Source: an uncultured Bacilli bacterium (GTDB lineage: Bacteria; Bacillota_I; Bacilli_A; RF39; UBA660). Taken from it: 60,403 bases of DNA. The stretch is from the NCBI GenBank assembly GCA_947627995.1, contig CANQYE010000004.1:1-60403 (forward strand), given 5' to 3'. This document shows positions 1 to 9,777 of the stretch, one piece after another; within the stretch, counting starts at the first letter, position 1; the number at the start of each line of letters is the position of its first letter. A program made the translations under genes and the position numbers. Under the pieces are notes generated by a model. That model worked only from the letters and a program-made list of their open reading frames with translations, ran no database searches and had not been told where the DNA came from.

Positions 1-93
1 TGGCGGAGGAAAAGGGATTCGAACCCCTGCGCCGGTTACCCGACCTCCTGGTTTTCAAGACCAGTCCCTTCAACCAGACTTGGGTATTCCTCC
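1..93 (-). tRNA. tRNA-Ser(TGA)
   Basis: Reverse complement GGAGGAATACCCAAGTCTGG...CTGGTCTTGAAAACCAG...GTTCGAATCCCTTTTCCTCCGCCA; long variable arm; encoded CCA ends at window base 1. Confidence 0.97.
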
Positions 94-119
94 AGTATCA
101 TTTTTATAACGACAAGTTG

Positions 120-149
120 ATTATATCACATTGATATTTTAAAAGTCAA
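120..149 (-). promoter_or_regulatory. sigma-A-type promoter for tRNA-Ser
   Basis: Minus strand TTGACT-N18-TATAAT with TG extension. Confidence 0.65.
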
Positions 150-207
150 CCTTAATATAAAAATAAAATTTTTTACATATATTAAAAAAAATATTTGCTA
201 AAAACAC

Positions 208-236
208 TTGTCAAAATTTATTTTTTGCGATATACT
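208..236 (+). promoter_or_regulatory. sigma-A-type promoter for tRNA-Leu
   Basis: TTGTCA-N17-TATACT. Confidence 0.7.
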
Positions 237-275
237 TCTAATAGCTTGTCTAATTAAATTAGAAAAGCAGTGCCT

Positions 276-364
276 GCCCAAGTGGCGGAATAGGTAGACG
301 CACAGGACTTAAAATCCTGCGGGAGTCAAATCCCGTGCCGGTTCAAGTCCGGCCTTGGGCACCA
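276..364 (+). tRNA. tRNA-Leu(TAA)
   Basis: GCCCAAGTGGCGGAATAGGTAGACG...GGACTTAAAATCC...GTTCAAGTCCGGCCTTGGGCACCA. Confidence 0.97.
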
Positions 365-375
365 TTATGAAAATG

Positions 376-399
376 AACTCCCATAAATAGGGGGTTTTT
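376..399 (+). terminator. intrinsic terminator after tRNA-Leu
   Basis: AACTCCC-loop-GGGGGTT hairpin followed by T run. Confidence 0.6.
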
Positions 400-604
400 A
401 TTATACAATAATTTTACTCTCCTTATTTATCGTTTATTTCTTTTTCAGAAATATCGCACATAAATTTTTTAGTGTGGCTTAATTTTCATTTTATTAAAAA
501 ATAGCTAGATTCCTTAATATTTAAGAGTCTTAATCAATTTTAAAATCTTATAAAATATAAAACTCATATGTGTTATAATATTAATAGATCTGAGGTGATA
601 AAAA

Positions 605-1501
605 ATGATAAAAGTATCAGTTATTGTTCCCGTTTATAACACATCTAAATATTTATCTAAATGCATAGATAGTTTAATTAATCAAACTTTAGAAGATATA
701 GAAATAATAATTATAAATGATTGTAGTCCTGATAATTCAAAATTAATATTAGATAAATATAAAAATATAAAAAAAATAAATATTATTCATAATAAAGTCA
801 ATAAAGGAATTGGATACACTAGAAATTTAGGATTGAAAAAAGCTAAAGGAGAATATATTGCTTTTATAGATAGTGATGATTTTGTTGATATAAATATGTT
901 TGAAAAAATGTACAAAAAAGCTAAAAAAGATGATTTAGATTTAGTTGTATGCAGATTTCATAAATTGCTAGAAAAACAAAATGGAGTTTTAGAAGAAATA
1001 AATCCTAACTTTACCATCCCCTATTTTAAAAACACTTCGTTAAAAGATTGTCCAAAGCTTTTATTAGAAATAAATTCAGCACCTTGGAATAAACTTTATA
1101 AAAGATCTTTATTCTCTAAAGATGTTAGATTTCCAGAAAATTTAAAATATGAAGATGCCATTGTTTGTGTAAAAATACTAGCAAAAGCTAAAAAAATTGG
1201 GATGGTAGAAGATAAATTTAATTATTATTTAGTAAGAGATAAAAGTGAATCAACAGCTATGGATATAAGAGTTTTTGATATTATTGAAATTAATAATCAA
1301 AAATTACAATTCTTAAAAAAATTAGATTATTATGATTCAATAAAAGAATATGTAGAAATTAAAATAATCCGCAGTTTAACCAATTATATTAAACAGCAAA
1401 AATATCAAAAAGATAAAATAATTGCTAATAATTTCAAACAAAAAGCTATTGATTATTTAAATAGCAATTTCCCTAATTGGAAAAGAATCAAAAATATATA
1501 A
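605..1501 (+). CDS. glycosyltransferase family 2 (GT-A)
   Basis: VSVIVPVYN, IIINDCSPD, YIAFIDSDD, WNKLY and YED motifs; GAGGTG RBS. Confidence 0.93.
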   Translation: MIKVSVIVPVYNTSKYLSKCIDSLINQTLEDIEIIIINDCSPDNSKLILDKYKNIKKINIIHNKVNKGIGYTRNLGLKKAKGEYIAFIDSDDFVDINMFEKMYKKAKKDDLDLVVCRFHKLLEKQNGVLEEINPNFTIPYFKNTSLKDCPKLLLEINSAPWNKLYKRSLFSKDVRFPENLKYEDAIVCVKILAKAKKIGMVEDKFNYYLVRDKSESTAMDIRVFDIIEINNQKLQFLKKLDYYDSIKEYVEIKIIRSLTNYIKQQKYQKDKIIANNFKQKAIDYLNSNFPNWKRIKNI

Positions 1502-1535
1502 ATATAGTTTATTTTAAATTTCTTTTACCAATTTC

Positions 1536-1871
1536 TTATTCATTATTGAATTGTTTTAATTTTTCCTCAATCCATATTGGTAATTTTTCTGCTAAAGGAC
1601 TAAAGCCATTTATTGATTCGTCAATGCTATTTTTTTCAAAATCTTTAATTGATAATTTTAATTTTTTTTGTTCATCATCTATTTCAATAATTTTAGCTGT
1701 TATTTCTTCATTTAAATTTACGTAATCAGAAACATTTTTAACAAATCCTGATGAAATTTCTGAAATATGTATTAAACCAGTATATTCATTATTTATATTT
1801 ACAAAAATACCATAATTTTCTATACCTGTTACTATACCTTTTATTACCTCTCCTACTTTATATTTTTTCAT
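1536..1871 (-). CDS. S1 RNA-binding domain protein (YugI/GSP13-like)
   Basis: GIVTGIENYGIFV...GLIHISEIS...KLKLSIK S1 signature. Confidence 0.9.
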   Translation of the reverse strand: MKKYKVGEVIKGIVTGIENYGIFVNINNEYTGLIHISEISSGFVKNVSDYVNLNEEITAKIIEIDDEQKKLKLSIKDFEKNSIDESINGFSPLAEKLPIWIEEKLKQFNNE

Positions 1872-1946
1872 AATCCACCTCTATATAATTATATCACTTA
1901 TATTGATGTAATTAAACATTTTTGGTATAATTTATTTGGTGATAAA

Positions 1947-2177
1947 ATGAAAAATACAGAAAAAATTAAAGCCATAATTGAAGAAATTCGACCATATTTA
2001 AATGGAGATGGCGGAGATATTGAGTTTATAAAATATGAAGAGAATTATGTTTACATAAAATTATATGGTCATTGTCAACATTGTATTTACAAAAATGAGA
2101 CCATAGAAAATGGTATACTTGAAAATATAAAAGAACAAGTACCAGAAGTTAAAGGTATTATCAATGTTGAATTTTAA
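1947..2177 (+). CDS. NifU-family Fe-S scaffold protein (YutI-like)
   Basis: IRPYLNGDGGDIEF and GHCQHC (CxxC). Confidence 0.9.
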   Translation: MKNTEKIKAIIEEIRPYLNGDGGDIEFIKYEENYVYIKLYGHCQHCIYKNETIENGILENIKEQVPEVKGIINVEF

Positions 2178-3103
2178 TTTATCCAATCTATTTTAGGAAT
2201 TGGATTTTTTTTATTTAAAATATTATATATTTTATTTAATAAAATTTCATAATCATCAACTAAATCTGTAATATTAAATAATTCTTCTTCATTTGCTTCA
2301 TTATTCACAATTTTTTCATAACAATCAAAATAATATGAAGGAAAAAGTAATCTTGCATAAAGCATCCTAGAGGCATAAGTATCCATTGGAAATTTTAATA
2401 AAAAACTTTCTACTTCATTCCAAATTAATTCTTTATTAAAAAAACTATACTTAATATACTCAGCAATATCTCGAACATTTAAATCAATAATAAAACTTAA
2501 TGGATTAAAAAAATTAAGTGCATAATTCGGCGAAAAAATACGCTTATGTGATAATGTTAAGATAGGATTAAAGTCGGCAGGAATTTCATTAACTGTTTCA
2601 TTTGCATAAGCAATTGCATTTTCTGCTAACCCAATATAATAACTAAAACTATTAGCTATAATTTTCCTTTCTTTACCCATTCTACTAATTTGATATTCAA
2701 AATAATCTATCTTTTCACTCCATAGTTTACCCCAGTTATTACGATAAAGTTTACTTTTTTTATTCTCTACTTTTAATTTTGATTCAATTTTAATAATATC
2801 AAATAAACTTAACTCTTGTTTTTCGTCAATTAATATTTTAAACAATATATAATTTTTATCATTTACATTTGTTATTAAATAATTTTTATTATTTAAAATA
2901 AGGATATGACTAGGGATTTTTTTTAATAATAGTTCATTAGCTATATTATAAATATCTTCTAAATCTTCTATGGGTCTTTTATATGGAACAAAGTAATATT
3001 TTTCAAAATTATAAAAAAAATAATATATATCATTTATATTCTCTAAGTTTGTTATTTTTAAATTATAATTAGCCTCAATTATTTTTTTCATATAATCCCT
3101 CAA
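2174..3103 (-). CDS. yutH: spore coat kinase-like protein, YutH/CotS family
   Basis: WGKLWSEKIDYFEYQ, SFSYYIGLAENAIAY, RDIAEYIK, YARLLFPSYYFD; next to nifU as in Bacillus. Confidence 0.8.
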   Translation of the reverse strand: MRDYMKKIIEANYNLKITNLENINDIYYFFYNFEKYYFVPYKRPIEDLEDIYNIANELLLKKIPSHILILNNKNYLITNVNDKNYILFKILIDEKQELSLFDIIKIESKLKVENKKSKLYRNNWGKLWSEKIDYFEYQISRMGKERKIIANSFSYYIGLAENAIAYANETVNEIPADFNPILTLSHKRIFSPNYALNFFNPLSFIIDLNVRDIAEYIKYSFFNKELIWNEVESFLLKFPMDTYASRMLYARLLFPSYYFDCYEKIVNNEANEEELFNITDLVDDYEILLNKIYNILNKKNPIPKIDWIN

Positions 3104-3134
3104 TAAATTATATAAAAAAAAACAACTTTTATGA

Positions 3135-3770
3135 TTAAGCTGCTTTTTTAAATGGATTAAATGTATTATCCATATTGATGTTATTATTAATAGCTTCTTG
3201 TCCTTTATTATATAGCTCGATTTGACTTTGTTGACGTTCTTTTTGTTCTTTTGCTAGTAATATGTATTTTCCAAGTTCACTACTAACAATATTCATTGTC
3301 GGTATTATACATTCTTCTACTAAAGTTTTAGCATCTTCTAAAGTTCTAACTAATTCATCATCTGATAATGCTGCTAAATTATCTGGAATATCTAACGTTT
3401 TCATTGTTCCTGTTTGATTAATATTTACATTTTGAGATGTTGATTTAATCATCGATTCAGAATTCTTATTTTCAACCGGTTTATTAACTGAAAAATTAGA
3501 CTCATCTGGAGTATTTCCAAATGGATTTATTACGGCCGTATCCTCAATTTTATCATTAGATGGTGCTTCAGGTATTATTGGTGTATTAGGAATAAAATTA
3601 GGTTCACTAAATTCAGCTGGATTAGGAATTACTGGTTCTTTTTGGGAAACTAAATATAATATTTTTCCTTTTGCATCGATTGGTACAGCTATTGGATTTG
3701 TACCACTTATTACATAATTTGAATTTTTTAATTCTATATCTTTATAATTACTATTCATTGTTAACACCAT
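3135..3770 (-). CDS. hypothetical protein, Pro/Asn-rich middle and helical C-terminus
   Basis: 211-aa ORF overlapping the upstream gene; no recognisable motif. Confidence 0.7.
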   Translation of the reverse strand: MVLTMNSNYKDIELKNSNYVISGTNPIAVPIDAKGKILYLVSQKEPVIPNPAEFSEPNFIPNTPIIPEAPSNDKIEDTAVINPFGNTPDESNFSVNKPVENKNSESMIKSTSQNVNINQTGTMKTLDIPDNLAALSDDELVRTLEDAKTLVEECIIPTMNIVSSELGKYILLAKEQKERQQSQIELYNKGQEAINNNINMDNTFNPFKKAA

Positions 3771-3990
3771 TTATCCAATTTCTCATAAATTGTTTTATTT
3801 CTTCCCATTTTGATTGTTCTACATTCACAAGTCTATTCCCATCAACTTGTGATACATATAATTTTAACATATTATTATCTATTTCATTTTTTGTATAAAT
3901 AATATATGTTTTATTATCAAGTTCAAATGAACGCAATAGTTCAGCTTCAAATGTTCCAGTTGAATCACTTAATTTTAATTTATTGTTCAT
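3751..3990 (-). CDS. DUF1292-like small protein
   Basis: ELLRSFELDNKTYIIYTKNE...LVNVEQSKWEEIK pattern; GAGGG RBS. Confidence 0.6.
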   Translation of the reverse strand: MNNKLKLSDSTGTFEAELLRSFELDNKTYIIYTKNEIDNNMLKLYVSQVDGNRLVNVEQSKWEEIKQFMRNWINGVNNE

Positions 3991-4039
3991 GAATATATCC
4001 CTCTATTCTAATAATATTATATCATATTAAAGATTATTA

Positions 4040-4321
4040 TCAATCTTTTATTTTTTCTAATATAAAATATCTACAATTATAAGCACAATAATTTTTAATA
4101 TAATCTTTCATTTTTTTAAAATCATTTATTTCATTAAATTGTTTATTATCTTCTTTATTAAATCCTTTCAAACGAATCTTACCATAAGCCCAATCGCCAA
4201 CTATAAAATCATAATCATAAAAGTAATCAGTTATTTTTTCCAAAACAACTTCTTCATCAAATCCTTCTTTTATATTTTCAATTAACTTATATTTTTGATT
4301 ATTTATAACTATATTTTTCAT
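4040..4321 (-). CDS. yutD: YutD-family (DUF1027) protein
   Basis: YDFIVGDWAYGKIRLKGF and YCAYNCRYFILEK. Confidence 0.88.
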   Translation of the reverse strand: MKNIVINNQKYKLIENIKEGFDEEVVLEKITDYFYDYDFIVGDWAYGKIRLKGFNKEDNKQFNEINDFKKMKDYIKNYCAYNCRYFILEKIKD

Positions 4322-5145
4322 TATTTTACCCCAAAATATATACAGATTACTACAATAATCATTATAATTGTTGCAATAATACCAGTAAGGAGTAAAGCAT
4401 CAACAAAACCACTACCACTAGCATTACCTTCTTGTGGTTTTAAAACTTTTGTAATCATATCGGATATAGTTGTTGTTCTTCCACCATTACTTGCGCTATT
4501 ATTATCAGTAATTGTTAATATTGTTTCATTTAATTTAGCTAAAGTATCGTCGTCCATATTTTTAACTTCATCTAATTTTAAACCATTATTAATATAATAT
4601 TCATCAGGTAAAAAATCTGGCTTTTTTCTAATTAATTTTGTTCTATTCATAGAATTTAATAAAAAATTATAATAATTAATTGTTGCATTTTGATCCTTAG
4701 AATATGTAATATCTAATGCAGAAAATATTTTTCGTGGATTTGTTAGAACATATAGTTCTTTTTCAAAGCTTTTAAAATAAGTACTATCTAAATTATTATA
4801 TTTACATTTTAACATTAACATATCTAAAAGTTTTTTTTCAATATCACTTATTATATAAGTTTTATTTTTTACTTTCATCCATTCGCCAAGTTCTTCAAAA
4901 GTTAATATAAAATCATTAAATGTTCCTTCTAACAAACCATATTGTTTTACAATTTGTAAAAAACCACTTTTATCTTTTTTTAAAAAAGGACCCAAAAGTT
5001 CATTATCATAAATCTTATCTAAAATTTCAATAAAGTGTATACCAAATTCATTAGCATTTACATTCTTTTTATTGCTTTTTATATTAGCATATTTATTTAG
5101 ACAATCTTCAAAAAAACTACCAAAAAAAATATTAACACTATTCAT
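4321..5145 (-). CDS. hypothetical protein with C-terminal membrane anchor
   Basis: 274-aa ORF ending SGFVDALLLTGIIATIIMIIVVICIYFGVK. Confidence 0.75.
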   Translation of the reverse strand: MNSVNIFFGSFFEDCLNKYANIKSNKKNVNANEFGIHFIEILDKIYDNELLGPFLKKDKSGFLQIVKQYGLLEGTFNDFILTFEELGEWMKVKNKTYIISDIEKKLLDMLMLKCKYNNLDSTYFKSFEKELYVLTNPRKIFSALDITYSKDQNATINYYNFLLNSMNRTKLIRKKPDFLPDEYYINNGLKLDEVKNMDDDTLAKLNETILTITDNNSASNGGRTTTISDMITKVLKPQEGNASGSGFVDALLLTGIIATIIMIIVVICIYFGVK

Positions 5146-5200
5146 AGCATCACCCTATCTTAGTAATTATACCATAAAAAAAAGTATACAACAATACTTT

Positions 5201-5497
5201 TTACTTAATCTCATCTATTATTTTCATAAGTTCTTCTTCGCTATGAAAGCCAACTATACTTTTTACTACTTTCTTGTTTTTAAAAAAAATAATATTTGGA
5301 ATCGACATTATTCCATATTTAGATGCTAAATCACTATGAGTATCTACATTAACTTTTATTATTTTTAATTTATCTTCGATTTTTTCTAAAACTTTACTCA
5401 ACATTTTACAAGGACCACACCAATCTGCATAAAAATCTACTAATACTAATTCATCAGTAATTAAATCATCCAAATTTTCATTATTTAAATATATCAT
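5201..5497 (-). CDS. trxA: thioredoxin
   Basis: VDFYADWCGPCK active site. Confidence 0.95.
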   Translation of the reverse strand: MIYLNNENLDDLITDELVLVDFYADWCGPCKMLSKVLEKIEDKLKIIKVNVDTHSDLASKYGIMSIPNIIFFKNKKVVKSIVGFHSEEELMKIIDEIK

Positions 5498-6212
5498 TTT
5501 CTTTTCCTTTCATTTCATTAATTATTTTATTTATATTATTTATTTTAATGCTACCTCTGTTGACTAATCTTTTAGCATTTTCTTCGCTAATTATATCATA
5601 TTTTAATAAAATAATAAACGCTTTTTGATTACATGATATTTTATCTTTACAATTCTTTAATTCATATATTTCTGCTACAGCTTTTAATTCCGGTTCTATT
5701 ATTTTGGAAAAAACCGGTGTTTTTTTCAATATTACATTAGCTATTTTACTTTGATTTATTAAAATATTAGTTGACTTTATAGAATTAATCATAAATAATC
5801 CAATAATAATTATCAAAAGCGTTTCTAATAATCCAAAAATCAATCCTAACAATTTTAAAGGCAACGTTAAAACGAGTGTACTTTTTAATATTTTATCTAC
5901 TATTCCGGTTATTCTTAAAATAATTTTGAAAATAAAATATAAAATGGCAAAAACTATTAAAAAAGAAATAGCTTCATAAATTAAAATATTTAAAATAGTA
6001 ATCTCATTAAATATTTTAATAATATTTAAAAATGGTAAATAAGTATAAAAAAATACAGAGAGAGGATTTTTTAAAAAAAATGATAATATTACTATAATAA
6101 TAAGTCCAATAAAAGAAACTGAACTTTTAATTATTCCCTTTTTAAAGCCAATTAATCCACCTATAAATAACATTATCAAAATGATTATATCTAATATATT
6201 TAATCCTATCAT
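5481..6212 (-). CDS. CvpA-family membrane protein (YshB-like)
   Basis: LDIIILIML...GFKKG start, several TM segments, KLLGLIFG; adjacent to rnhC and trxA as in Bacillus. Confidence 0.8.
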   Translation of the reverse strand: MIGLNILDIIILIMLFIGGLIGFKKGIIKSSVSFIGLIIIVILSFFLKNPLSVFFYTYLPFLNIIKIFNEITILNILIYEAISFLIVFAILYFIFKIILRITGIVDKILKSTLVLTLPLKLLGLIFGLLETLLIIIIGLFMINSIKSTNILINQSKIANVILKKTPVFSKIIEPELKAVAEIYELKNCKDKISCNQKAFIILLKYDIISEENAKRLVNRGSIKINNINKIINEMKGKENDIFK

Positions 6213-6291
6213 TTGCGCCTCCAGTTCAATTATATTATAACAATGATGAAATTAAAAGTTATTTATGATAAAATTATATTGAGGTGTATTT

Positions 6292-7224
6292 ATGACTATA
6301 GTTTTTAAACCAAGCGAAAATATAAAAAAGAAAATAATTGAATATTATAAGGATTTAAAAAAGAAGAAAACCCCACCTTATGCTATTTTCCAAGCTGTTG
6401 AAGCAGATACAGTTATTACATTATATGAATCTGGAAAAGTAATGTTTCAAGGAATTTCGGCAGATATTGATGCTAATATTTGGATTGATTTAGAACGTAG
6501 TTTAAATAATAGAATAATAAATATAGAAGAAAAAGAAAATAAAAAAGAAAAAAATAAAAAGTTATTAACTATATCATCCATTGGAAGCGATGAAGTAGGT
6601 ACAGGGGATTTCTTTGGACCAATTGTAGTTTGTGCTTGCTATATTAATAAAAGTCAAACTGATTTACTACTAAATCTTGGTATAAAAGATTCTAAAAAAA
6701 TATCAGATGAGAAAATTATTAAACTTGCTCCCCAAATAATAAAATTAGTACCATATTCTTGTTTCATTTTAGATAATAAAACGTATAACTCTCAGTATAA
6801 TTCCGAGTTTAATATGAACAAAATTAAAGCAATACTTCACAATAAAGTTATTACTACCCTTTTAAAAAAAGATAATTTTGTATTTGATAAAATAGTTATC
6901 GATCAATTTGTATATCCTAAAAAATATTTTGAACATTTAAAAGATCAAAAAGAAATTACTAAAAATATAACCTTTTTAACTCATGCTGAAGATCAAGTCT
7001 TAAGTGTAGCTTGTTCATCGATTATTAGTAGATATATTTTTTTAAAAGAACTTAAAAAAATTAGTGATGAATTAAGTATTGAGATACCAAAAGGTGCCGG
7101 CCCAAAAGTTGATGAAATAGGTTATCAAATTGTTCAAAAATATGGACTTAATAAATTAAAAGAAATTGCTAAATTAAACTTTAAAAATTTAGATAAAATA
7201 AAAAATTATTCTACCCATGAATAA
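6292..7224 (+). CDS. rnhC: ribonuclease HIII
   Basis: TLYESGKVMFQG N-domain; IGSDEVGTGDFFGP, IKDSK, IVIDQF, IPKGAG. Confidence 0.95.
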   Translation: MTIVFKPSENIKKKIIEYYKDLKKKKTPPYAIFQAVEADTVITLYESGKVMFQGISADIDANIWIDLERSLNNRIINIEEKENKKEKNKKLLTISSIGSDEVGTGDFFGPIVVCACYINKSQTDLLLNLGIKDSKKISDEKIIKLAPQIIKLVPYSCFILDNKTYNSQYNSEFNMNKIKAILHNKVITTLLKKDNFVFDKIVIDQFVYPKKYFEHLKDQKEITKNITFLTHAEDQVLSVACSSIISRYIFLKELKKISDELSIEIPKGAGPKVDEIGYQIVQKYGLNKLKEIAKLNFKNLDKIKNYSTHE

Positions 7225-7232
7225 TTTTTTTA

Positions 7233-7760
7233 CTATTCAGCATAAATAACACCACTAAATGAAGCACCAACATTATCATTTTGATTATTATTTGTTTCTA
7301 AAAATTTGAAAGTAATTGTATATGTATGAGTTACACCACTAGCAATAGTTTGGTTATTTATAATTGTTCCCGTGTTAGAAGGAAGAATTGTTTGTGACAA
7401 TCCCGCACAAGATCCTGAAGAAGAAGAACAAGTTATAGAATAGACCAAATCATTTTTATCAACAAATTTATTAGTTAAACTTTGCCAAAATAAACGATAA
7501 GTAATAGAAGAAGTTCCTGTATTTTTAATTTTAATAGTTTTAGTAGTTGTCCACCCTGGCAATAAGTTTATTTCATTGATTGTAGAAGAATCAGTATAAT
7601 TTAAAATCAAATTTCCACTAGTAACACTGACATTATTTGTCGATGTATTACCAGAAATTAAAGATGAAAAATAAGCATATGACAGACCAATTAATAAAGC
7701 TAATAAAAAAATTATTATAATAATACTGGCAATCCTTTTAGTATTACTCATATAAATCAC
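7233..7760 (-). CDS. exported protein with TasA/camelysin-like (SipW-type) signal peptide
   Basis: Hydrophobic leader ending SYAYF; NLLPG and IKNTGT motifs. Confidence 0.65.
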   Translation of the reverse strand: MIYMSNTKRIASIIIIIFLLALLIGLSYAYFSSLISGNTSTNNVSVTSGNLILNYTDSSTINEINLLPGWTTTKTIKIKNTGTSSITYRLFWQSLTNKFVDKNDLVYSITCSSSSGSCAGLSQTILPSNTGTIINNQTIASGVTHTYTITFKFLETNNNQNDNVGASFSGVIYAE

Positions 7761-7830
7761 CTAAACACTTCTACTTTTATTATAACATGTATTTTTTTTT
7801 CTAAACAATAATATTACAAATACTTTACAA

Positions 7831-7854
7831 AAAAAAGTTCATTTAGAACTTTTT
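7831..7854 (-). terminator. terminator of the rpsB-tsf operon
   Basis: AAAAGTTC-ATTTA-GAACTTTT hairpin with flanking A/T runs. Confidence 0.7.
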
Positions 7855-7942
7855 AAAAGAAAAATATTATAATTAATAAAATACCTACAAGAATCATAGT
7901 TATATCAATAGCTATTCTTACTTTTCTATTTTTATGATTCAT
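7853..7942 (-). CDS. 29-aa putative membrane peptide MNHKNRKVRIAIDITMILVGILLIIIFFF
   Basis: ATG 2 nt after the tsf stop; basic N-terminus plus hydrophobic helix; ends at the terminator. Confidence 0.45.
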   Translation of the reverse strand: MNHKNRKVRIAIDITMILVGILLIIIFFF

Positions 7943-7944
7943 TA

Positions 7945-8817
7945 TTACCCATTAATTTGATTCATTACTTCACTGGCGAAATCTTCATTTCTTTTTTCGA
8001 TGCCTTCACCAACTTCATAACGAACCATTAATTTTAGTTCCCCATTATTTTTAGCAATATATTGTGAAACATTCAAACTGGAATCTTTAATAAATTCTTG
8101 TTCAGATAAACATACTTCTTTATAAAACTTTTTAATTCTACCTTCAATCATTTTAACAGCGATTTCTTCAGGTTTTCCTTCATTCATTGCATTATTTTTA
8201 AATATTTCTCTTTCTCTTTCAATAACATCGTCTGGAATATCAGTTGGTACTAAATATTCAGGACGCATAGCTGCAGCTTGCATTGCAACATCTTTAGCTA
8301 CTTCTTCATTTCCGCCTTTTAAAACTGTTAAAACTGCTATTTTACCACCTAAATGCAAATAATTTCCAAAACATTCATCATCATTTTTAATTATAATTTC
8401 ACATCTTCTAAATGATATTTTTTCCCCTATTTTAGCAGTTGCAGCTACTATTAAATCAGAAACTTTTCCATCTTCAGTACAAACTTCTAGTGCTTCTTCA
8501 TAAGTTTTAGCATCGCTATTTAAAATTGCATTCCCAATTTTATCTAATAAATTAATAAATTCTTTATTTTTGCTTACGAAATCAGTTTCTGAGTTAATTT
8601 CAATAATAACGGCTTTATTTCCATTTGTATAAATATTAGCTAATCCTTCCGCAGCAATTCTTGATTCTTTTTTGGTAGCTTTAGCAATACCTTTTTCTTT
8701 AAGGTAATCAATAGCTTTTTCCATATCTCCATTAGTTTCTGCTAATGCTTTTTTACAATCCATCATTCCAGCGCCAGATTTTTCACGTAACTCTTTTACT
8801 AAACTTGCACTTATCAT
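7945..8817 (-). CDS. tsf: elongation factor Ts
   Basis: VKELREKSGAGMMDCKKAL, EINSETDFV, RYEVGEG. Confidence 0.98.
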   Translation of the reverse strand: MISASLVKELREKSGAGMMDCKKALAETNGDMEKAIDYLKEKGIAKATKKESRIAAEGLANIYTNGNKAVIIEINSETDFVSKNKEFINLLDKIGNAILNSDAKTYEEALEVCTEDGKVSDLIVAATAKIGEKISFRRCEIIIKNDDECFGNYLHLGGKIAVLTVLKGGNEEVAKDVAMQAAAMRPEYLVPTDIPDDVIEREREIFKNNAMNEGKPEEIAVKMIEGRIKKFYKEVCLSEQEFIKDSSLNVSQYIAKNNGELKLMVRYEVGEGIEKRNEDFASEVMNQING

Positions 8818-8827
8818 AAAATCTCTC

Positions 8828-9772
8828 CTATTTTTCTAAATTTTCAATTAATTCAGCTTTTTTCATTGTTGAATAACCTTTAATGCCTTGCTCTTTAGCT
8901 ATAGTTTTTAATTCTACTAAAGTCATTTTACTATAATCTTTTGTTGTTTTAGTATCAACCTTATTTTCACTTATTTCTTCTTTAACTGCTTTTTCTTTTG
9001 ATTCTTTTTTTATTTCGTCTTTTTCTTTTGTTTCTTCTTTAATAACACTTTTTTTGCTTTTTTCTTCTTCTGTTACATAATCAACTAATTCTAACCCTTT
9101 TGCTTCGCAAATTGCATTATTTAAAACTCCTAGTACTACTTTAACACTTCTAACCGCATCATCATTTCCAGGAATAACATAATCAACATCATCTGGATCA
9201 CAATTTGTATCTACTATACCAAATACAGGAATATTTAGTTTACGTGCTTCTCTTATAGCACTATATTCTTTTTTAGGATCAGTAATTATCATAGCATTTG
9301 GTAACTTATCCATTTTTCGAATACCACATAATAATTTATTTAATTTTTCGTACTCTTTTTTTATTCCGACAACTTCTTTTTTAGGAAGGACTTCAAAAAC
9401 TCCTTCTTTTTCCATTGTTTCTATTTCTTCTAATCTTTTAATTCTTCTTCTAATTGTTCTAAAATTAGTAAGTGTTCCTCCTAGCCAACGTTCAGTAACA
9501 TAAAAGCTTTCAGAACGAATAGCTTCATCACGTGATGCATCTTGAGCTTGTTTTTTTGTTCCAACAAAAATAAAACTTCCTCCATTTTCTGCAATTTCAC
9601 GTATTTTTTCGTATGCTATTTCCATACATTTTTGTGTTTTTTGTAAATCAATAATATATATGTCATCTCTTGATGTGTAAATAAATTCTTTCATTTTAGG
9701 ATTCCATCTTTTTGTTTGATGCCCAAAATGAACTCCAGCTTCAAGTAAATTACTCATTGAAACTATATTCAT
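8828..9772 (-). CDS. rpsB: 30S ribosomal protein S2 with C-terminal Rho-N-like extension
   Basis: [42 protein letters not shown]. Confidence 0.98.
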   Translation of the reverse strand: MNIVSMSNLLEAGVHFGHQTKRWNPKMKEFIYTSRDDIYIIDLQKTQKCMEIAYEKIREIAENGGSFIFVGTKKQAQDASRDEAIRSESFYVTERWLGGTLTNFRTIRRRIKRLEEIETMEKEGVFEVLPKKEVVGIKKEYEKLNKLLCGIRKMDKLPNAMIITDPKKEYSAIREARKLNIPVFGIVDTNCDPDDVDYVIPGNDDAVRSVKVVLGVLNNAICEAKGLELVDYVTEEEKSKKSVIKEETKEKDEIKKESKEKAVKEEISENKVDTKTTKDYSKMTLVELKTIAKEQGIKGYSTMKKAELIENLEK

Positions 9773-9777
9773 AATAT

